DNA of 64,000 nt, from positions 22,977-86,976 of the forward strand of contig CAYWPP010000004.1 in assembly GCA_964460475.1 (NCBI GenBank), written 5' to 3'. Origin of the DNA: an uncultured Candidatus Peribacteria bacterium (lineage in GTDB: Bacteria; Patescibacteriota; Gracilibacteria; Peribacterales; Peribacteraceae). The notes under the pieces are model-generated. The model was given only the letters and a program-made list of their open reading frames with translations, was not told the DNA's origin and ran no database searches. Both the position numbers and the translations under genes were made by a program. Positions 63,311 to 64,000 of this stretch are shown one piece after another. Within the stretch, counting starts at the first letter, position 1. The number at the start of each line of letters is the position of its first letter.

Positions 63311-63560
63311 TGCATGTACCTCAAAAAATGCTACCGGTAACCCGCCGGCTCGGGCTTTCCTCGTTAAGTGAGAGAAGCACGATATTCACCGTCAACAACC
63401 GTGAACATCCTGCTTCCCTCAACATGAAACCTTGACGATGCTCTAAAAGAACACTCTGGTATTGTTCTCTGTACTTTGTATTCCGTCAAATAAAGATCAG
63501 ATACGTCGACATGTACATCATGACGTACATGTTCGAACGGACGCGAAACAGTACAACTCT

Positions 63561-64000
63561 TTACCTGCTCCCGAACGTGAACGCATACGCTGCGACGCCG
63601 CTGCCCTTCAGACGCAGGGTGAGACGGTGTTCACCGTAGTCGCCCGTGAAGAGCACGAAGAGATCGTTGCGATCGATGGTGAACGTCTCCGTGACGTTCC
63701 CGTCCATGATGACCTCCGCTTCGACGGGATCGGCACCCTCCTCCAGACCGAGCACGAGATTCGCCTCGGAACCGAGGAATCGCAGGTGGATCGATCCTTC
63801 CTCACTGACGAGCACCTGGCGCTCTTCATCATCACTGAGCCGCCACGTCCCCTCCAGACCATACCGATGGAGCGGCAGATCCTCCGGTGCGTCGTACGCG
63901 ATATCCTCGCCCGGCGAGGGGTCTCCTTCGGCATTGAAAAACGCGGGCCAGCTGCGTTCCCCCACGTAGAGTTCCGGCGTTTGATCGCGGCGTTCACCGT
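63561..64000 (-). CDS. 3' end of a DipZ-like (thiol:disulfide / cytochrome c biogenesis-associated) protein, C-terminal jelly-roll domain; 5' part outside the window
   Basis: TPELYVGERSW...LEGTWRL...IHLRFLGSEANLVLG...AYAFTFG is the pattern I recall for the DipZ C-terminal domain. The frame stays open to the window edge. Confidence 0.6.
   Translation of the reverse strand, partial: GERRDQTPELYVGERSWPAFFNAEGDPSPGEDIAYDAPEDLPLHRYGLEGTWRLSDDEERQVLVSEEGSIHLRFLGSEANLVLGLEEGADPVEAEVIMDGNVTETFTIDRNDLFVLFTGDYGEHRLTLRLKGSGVAAYAFTFGSR

Noticed and set aside
1-64000. Alternative genetic code (UGA recoded, as in some CPR lineages)
   Set aside because: TGA terminates conserved genes at the expected length, for example thyA at 61666, hpf at 33565 and the ATGA junctions. 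Conserved genes need no TGA readthrough.

Overview
Compact, mostly GC-rich bacterial chromosome segment. My guess, from gene content and the many four-helix-bundle '23S-IVS-protein' genes, is an uncultivated Patescibacteria/CPR-like lineage; this is inference only. I support about 70 protein genes and one tRNA-Glu(CUC). I saw no rRNA, CRISPR array, transposase or integrase. Housekeeping blocks: typA; pyrD-pyrK; livG-SBP-livH-livM; pyrG; membrane pyrophosphatase; uvrC; rplY; hpf; rlmH plus a RumA-type methyltransferase; secD; folB-folK-folE; thyA-folA; a PLP decarboxylase plus a deoxyhypusine-synthase-like gene; a RelA/SpoT homologue. What stands out: (1) an AT-rich island at the left edge with a type ISP/YeeA-like methyltransferase tail and a Shedu-like DUF4263 nuclease. 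(2) A family of intergenic hairpin cassettes whose arms are 7-8 nt tandem repeats. Two carry a four-helix-bundle gene, and the others look like empty or decayed copies. (3) Domain insertions in core genes: a GNAT domain inside UvrC and a parvulin PPIase inside SecD. (4) A triple fusion of ATP-grasp, RimB-like and QEGLA/DUF1704 domains with a PKD-7TM partner, coupled to hpf. (5) A translationally coupled three-gene operon of unknown function with an AT-rich segment inside its largest gene, followed by a stand-alone Cas4-like nuclease. (6) An 18-nt duplication of the tRNA-Glu 3' end next to AT-rich scrap, which looks like an integration scar. (7) Two coding anomalies: folK has no ATG/GTG/TTG start, and the deoxyhypusine-synthase-like gene has an in-frame TAA. 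(8) Many genes have a -10-like hexamer 5-8 nt upstream of the start codon and no Shine-Dalgarno, suggesting leaderless expression. All homology calls come from reading the translated ORFs by eye; no searches were run.
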